A stretch of 32,000 bases of DNA from Alkanindiges sp. WGS2144 (GTDB taxonomy: Bacteria > Pseudomonadota > Gammaproteobacteria > Pseudomonadales > Moraxellaceae). The position numbers and the translations under genes were made by a program. The stretch lies in NCBI RefSeq assembly GCF_043950625.1, contig NZ_CP171007.1, one strand, 5' to 3'. The notes under the pieces were generated by a model, which was not told the DNA's origin, searched no databases, and saw nothing but the letters and a program-made list of their open reading frames with translations. Shown here piece after piece: positions 27,289 through 32,000 of this stretch (position 1 is its first letter; the number at the start of each line of letters is the position of its first letter).

Positions 27289-28803
27289 ATGAAGCTATCC
27301 ATGGGGATGAAAGTGTCTACATCGCTGGCCTTAACCCCGCAGCTACAGCAGGCCATCAGATTATTGCAACTTTCCTCACTGGAGCTTGAGCAGGAAGTAC
27401 AGGCGCAACTGGACAGCAATCCCCTACTGGAAAGGCTTGAAGCAGAAGATGAGAACGACCTGAATGTTTTATCTGCCCAGTCTGACCTGAACCAAAATAA
27501 GCTCAATGAAGAACCAGAGCCTGCCTGCCTGACCGAGCAAATGCAGCTGACCTGCCTAACTGAAGATCTGCCGGTAGATACCCATTGGGATGATATTTTT
27601 ATCCATCAACCGACCACACTAGCCATGCCTTTGCTGGAAGATCGTGAAGATAACCGCGCCTGTCAGGACACGATCTGGGATCATTTGCGCTGGCAGCTTA
27701 ATCTGGCGCATTTTAGTCCGGTTGATCGCCTAATTGCCGAATGCATTATTGATGGCATAGACGAGCGTGGTTATCTGGCAATCAGTCTGGATGATATTCA
27801 GGAAGCAGTGCTGCAACAACTGGCAGAACTGGACATATGGCACGGACATGCAGACCTGCAAGTATTAGCACAAGAAGTGGTGGAGCTTGAAGAAGTAGAG
27901 GTAGTACTTAAGCGCATACAGCATTTTGAACCTGCTGGTGTTGCTGCACGCAGTTTGCCGGAATGCCTGACCCTCCAGCTTAAAAATCTGCCGGAGCATA
28001 CCCCCTATCGGCTGGAGTCCCTAAAATTACTGGCGCATCATGAGCTTTTGGTTGCCAGTGATATTGCACGCCTTATGCGGACTACCCAAATGGATCAGTC
28101 TACCTTACAACGCGCCCTGATCCTCATTAAAGAACTAGAGCCGTATCCGGGCCAGCAATTTGCCGACCCTGAGCGCGACCATCAGCCACCTGATGTTATT
28201 GTGTGTAGAAAAAATAACCGCTGGGAAGTGCAGCTTAATACCGAGATTTTGCCCCGATTAAGAATCAATCCCTATTATGCCAGCCTGATTCGGCGTGCTG
28301 ACAGCAGTAGTGACAATCAATATCTGCGCCTGCATATGCAAGAAGGCCGTAACTTTATTAAAAGTGTAGATGAGCGGCATAAAACCCTGCTCAAGGTATC
28401 CAGCTGTATTGTTATGCATCAACGGGAGTTTCTGGAGCATGGCCCAGAAGCAATGAAGCCGCTGGTTTTGCGTGATATTGCTGAAGAAACCGAGCTGCAC
28501 GAGTCCACAGTATCACGGGTGACTACCCAAAAATATATTCACACGCCACGCGGTCTGTTTGAACTGAAATATTTTTTTTCAAGTCATGTGGGTACCAGCT
28601 CTGGCGGGGAATGTTCTTCAACCGCTATTCGCGCCATGATCAAAAAAATAATTCAGGAAGAAAATCCGCGTAAACCACTGTCGGACAATGCAATTACAGA
28701 AAAGTTGCAAAGCAGTGGAATTGATGTGGCGAGACGCACTGTTGCCAAATACCGCGAGTCTTTAAATATCCCCTCTTCCAGCGAGCGAAAGCGCTTGCTT
28801 TAG
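27289..28803 (+). CDS. rpoN: RNA polymerase sigma-54 factor
   Basis: 504 aa. Region I is LALTPQLQQAIRLLQLSSLELEQEV, followed by acidic region II. The HTH is ESTVSRVTTQKY and the RpoN box is ARRTVAKYR. Confidence 0.97.
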   Translation: MKLSMGMKVSTSLALTPQLQQAIRLLQLSSLELEQEVQAQLDSNPLLERLEAEDENDLNVLSAQSDLNQNKLNEEPEPACLTEQMQLTCLTEDLPVDTHWDDIFIHQPTTLAMPLLEDREDNRACQDTIWDHLRWQLNLAHFSPVDRLIAECIIDGIDERGYLAISLDDIQEAVLQQLAELDIWHGHADLQVLAQEVVELEEVEVVLKRIQHFEPAGVAARSLPECLTLQLKNLPEHTPYRLESLKLLAHHELLVASDIARLMRTTQMDQSTLQRALILIKELEPYPGQQFADPERDHQPPDVIVCRKNNRWEVQLNTEILPRLRINPYYASLIRRADSSSDNQYLRLHMQEGRNFIKSVDERHKTLLKVSSCIVMHQREFLEHGPEAMKPLVLRDIAEETELHESTVSRVTTQKYIHTPRGLFELKYFFSSHVGTSSGGECSSTAIRAMIKKIIQEENPRKPLSDNAITEKLQSSGIDVARRTVAKYRESLNIPSSSERKRLL

Positions 28804-29035
28804 GATGACTAACGTGCTTAATTAAGGATATCATCTCTGGGATGATATGCACCGTCCGACTCAGGGTTGCTTATTGATTTTATTTAATTTTTAAGCAGCA
28901 TGAGCCGTATCTTGAGCAAGGCAGAGTTTGTTCCCTCTGGATCAAACCGGCTCGTTTTCCTCATGGAAAATACCAGCCGCTCTTGACTGTGGGAACGCTC
29001 TTTAATTCATGGTTGATGAATGCGAGGATGGATTT

Positions 29036-29356
29036 ATGCACATTAAAATTAGTGGACACCACATTAGTGTCACTCCGGCCATTGAAGCTAGCATTTTAGA
29101 AAAATTTTCACGACTTGGTCGTTATTTTGACCAGATTAACAGTATGCAAGTGGTGCTATCACGCGATAACCATCGCCACGACTGTAGCCGAAAAGGGCAG
29201 CAGAACCATAAGGCAGAAGCCATTTTAAGGGTGCCGGGTGCAGAGCTATTTGCCCAAGCCTGTGCAGATGACATGTATACCTCAATTGCCATGTTATCTG
29301 AAAAGCTAAATCGTCAGGTTAAGCGCCATAAGGAACGTCGTACCTTGCAAACCTGA
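29036..29356 (+). CDS. hpf: Ribosome hibernation promoting factor (short HPF/YhbH type)
   Basis: I prefer the ATG at 29036 (MHIKISGHHISVTPAI...), which has GAGGA 7 nt upstream. The YfiA/HPF fold pattern is present (YFDQINSMQVVL ... DMYTSIAMLSEKLNRQVKRHKER). The position after rpoN is conserved. Confidence 0.9.
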   Translation: MHIKISGHHISVTPAIEASILEKFSRLGRYFDQINSMQVVLSRDNHRHDCSRKGQQNHKAEAILRVPGAELFAQACADDMYTSIAMLSEKLNRQVKRHKERRTLQT

Positions 29357-29386
29357 TCAGGGTTAAAAATGACCTTAAGGGCTTTT

Positions 29387-29412
29387 GATAAGCCCTTTTT
29401 TTATGTAAACAT
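29387..29412 (+). terminator. Rho-independent terminator of hpf
   Basis: aagggctt-ttgat-aagccctt hairpin followed by a T run that extends to 29412. Confidence 0.8.
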
Positions 29413-29570
29413 TTTTTTAAGATCACAGCATGGATCAGTATATTGGTTACTCAAAGCAGGGTTTTCTCACATAAATGAACCGGGGCTGTACACGCCGTAA
29501 TCAGCTTGGCAGTAATTTTAGCCTACACTCTTGACTTGCAAGCATTTTAAAAAGATTTTCGGGCATTTTT

Positions 29571-30416
29571 ATGTACACCTTTGATATCGATTGTAGCTTT
29601 GGCTATCAGGTAAAACAGCCTTCCGAGTTTATATTTCATTTACAGGTTGCTCATCATCCCTGGCAGCAGATTCATCAGGAATCACTAAATATATCGCCTC
29701 ATTTAACAATTGATGAATATGAAGATGAAAAAAGACTAAACCGGCTTTTTCGCTTAAGTGCACCAATAGGGAAGTTTGAGCTGCGTTATCAGGCGCAGGT
29801 CAACGTGGATATACCGTACCGTGACCCCGCTTTTAAGGAGATGGAAATTGCTGAACTACCCCCGGAGGTGCTGCATTATTTATTACCCAGCCGCTATTGT
29901 GAATCTGACCTAATAGGCGGCATGGCACAGCGTACTTTTGGAAAAATCCCACGCGGTTTTGACCGGATAGAGGCTATTTGTGACTGGATTCACAGCAATA
30001 TCGCCTACGAAGTTGGTTCTTCACAGGCCTCTACCACGGCACGGGATGTGCTGGCCAACCGGGCCGGGGTTTGCCGTGACTTTGCTCATCTGGGGGTCGC
30101 CTTGTGCCGGGCGCTGAATATCCCGGCACGCTTTGTGTTTGGTTATGCCGAGTTTGAGGAGCCGCCACCAGATTTTCATGCCTTGTTTGAGGCTTATATT
30201 GGCAACCAGTGGGTTTTGTTTGATGCTACCCGTATGGCACCTATTGATAAAATTGTCCGTATTGGGACAGGAGCTGACGCCAAGGACGTCGCTTTTGCCA
30301 CCATTTATGGGGATGTGGAAATGATTTATATGAAGCCATTTATTTGTGACCACGTGGAAGGTCAGCCACCACGCTTTATTCATCAGGATAATTTCATTGG
30401 CCGTCAGGTAGTATAG
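29571..30416 (+). CDS. Transglutaminase-like cysteine-protease-fold protein with Bact_transglu_N-type N-terminus
   Basis: 281 aa. The Cys-His-Asp core is GVCRDFAHLGVALCRALNIPARFVFGY ... FHALFEAYI ... VLFDAT. No clear SD precedes the ATG. Confidence 0.82.
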   Translation: MYTFDIDCSFGYQVKQPSEFIFHLQVAHHPWQQIHQESLNISPHLTIDEYEDEKRLNRLFRLSAPIGKFELRYQAQVNVDIPYRDPAFKEMEIAELPPEVLHYLLPSRYCESDLIGGMAQRTFGKIPRGFDRIEAICDWIHSNIAYEVGSSQASTTARDVLANRAGVCRDFAHLGVALCRALNIPARFVFGYAEFEEPPPDFHALFEAYIGNQWVLFDATRMAPIDKIVRIGTGADAKDVAFATIYGDVEMIYMKPFICDHVEGQPPRFIHQDNFIGRQVV

Positions 30417-30432
30417 GACGCACTGACTACGT

Positions 30433-30459
30433 CGTGGTGAAATTAGGGACACGCCCTAA
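30433..30459. repeat. 27-nt repeat, copy 2
   Basis: cgtggtgaaattagggacacgccctaa lies 17 nt after the transglutaminase-like gene stop. The flanks also resemble copy 1 (ctaYRt on the left; caagt and tacNNcgttttttg on the right). Confidence 0.85.
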
Positions 30460-30661
30460 CACAAGTACAGCGTTTTTTGTTCTGCTCAGTTAAGATACTT
30501 TAGAATGTGCCCTCATTTTAACCACTCATCTGTGTAATACGATAAAATTTGCGTGGTACGATAAAATCTGCCAGAAGTATTGAACTGGACTGGATATTTA
30601 CGATAGGGCAGAGTAACCTTTCGCCCAGTCTTTTTTGCCCTCTTATATTTAGGTGTTCTCA

Positions 30662-30913
30662 ATGAATAGCGAACAACTTGTCGCGCTTTTACAGGCCGCT
30701 TTTCCCCAGGCTGATGTTGCTGTTACCGGTCAGGCCGGAAAATTTGATTTGCGCATTGTAGACGCCCAGTTTGAAGGCATGCGACCAGTTGCCCGTCAGC
30801 AGGCGGTCTATGCGCCTTTAAATGAACACATTGCCAGTGGCGTCGTCCATGCGGTAAGTATTCGTGCTTTAACCCCCGAAGAATGGCGCAAAGCCAGCCT
30901 GTTTGGAGCCTGA
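30662..30913 (+). CDS. ibaG: BolA-family protein IbaG (YrbA)
   Basis: I prefer the ATG at 30662 (MNSEQLVALL...), which has AGGTG 6 nt upstream. FEGMRPVARQQAVYAPLNEHIASGVVHAVSIRALTPEEW matches IbaG. It lies directly upstream of murA, as in E. coli. Confidence 0.85.
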   Translation: MNSEQLVALLQAAFPQADVAVTGQAGKFDLRIVDAQFEGMRPVARQQAVYAPLNEHIASGVVHAVSIRALTPEEWRKASLFGA

Positions 30914-30919
30914 ACCTGA

Positions 30920-32000
<1,081 letters not shown>

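Noticed and set aside
29571-30416. Transglutaminase-like gene as part of the known ATP-grasp / alpha-E / transglutaminase peptide-modification cluster
   Set aside because: The partner genes (circularly permuted ATP-grasp, alpha-E domain) are not adjacent. The gene stands alone between the hpf terminator and ibaG, so no system can be claimed from this window.
30021-30452. 143-aa minus-strand ORF opposite the transglutaminase-like gene, starting inside the 27-nt repeat
   Set aside because: It is antisense to a gene with a clear Cys-His-Asp core. It has a GTG start with no SD, and its sequence has no recognisable features.
23340-30459. Possibility that the two direct repeats are att sites bounding a 7.1-kb mobile island
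   Set aside because: The interval holds core genes (rpoN, hpf, mlaA). It has no integrase, transposase or tRNA target. The relic copy is on the wrong side of the hydrolase gene for a 3'-end integration model. A REP-like element or an old rearrangement is more plausible.

Overview
This is a chromosomal, mostly housekeeping window. It appears to come from a Moraxellaceae/Acinetobacter-like gammaproteobacterium. That is an inference from an N-terminally short AccA, pheT-ihfA, trxA-rho, proC-yggT-yggU and an isolated gspE; no search was possible. I call 29 protein-coding genes, two of them truncated by the window edges. I found no rRNA, tRNA, CRISPR array, transposase or integrase. Gene order: pheT(partial)-ihfA | acidic Ala-rich lipoprotein | membrane protein with a degenerate GGDEF domain | rho | trxA | ppx-accA-tilS | proC-yggT-yggU | polA | kinase-fold protein | giant polytopic membrane protein plus exported partner (DUF2339/DUF3999-like) | unknown 272-aa protein plus MscS-family channel | gspE-ribE | mlaA - PP2C phosphatase - STAS protein - C-N hydrolase (one strand, tight spacing) | rpoN-hpf | transglutaminase-like protein | ibaG-murA(partial). 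There is no obvious mobile or defence island. The best candidates for undescribed biology are three compact gene sets without an assigned function. (1) The translationally coupled giant membrane protein and exported beta-rich protein at 15100-19154. (2) The unknown cytoplasmic protein coupled to an MscS-like channel at 19166-20900. (3) A kinase-less partner-switching-like module (pseudo-receiver-PP2C plus extended STAS) fused operonically to a nitrilase-superfamily hydrolase downstream of an atypical, cysteine-free MlaA at 23334-27019. Smaller observations include a degenerate GGDEF domain that keeps its RxxD I-site, and a 27-nt repeat at two loci, one copy of which supplies the C-terminus and stop codon of a gene. 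There are also several intergenic repeat and palindrome motifs. All functional calls rest on by-eye motif recognition and need confirmation by database search.
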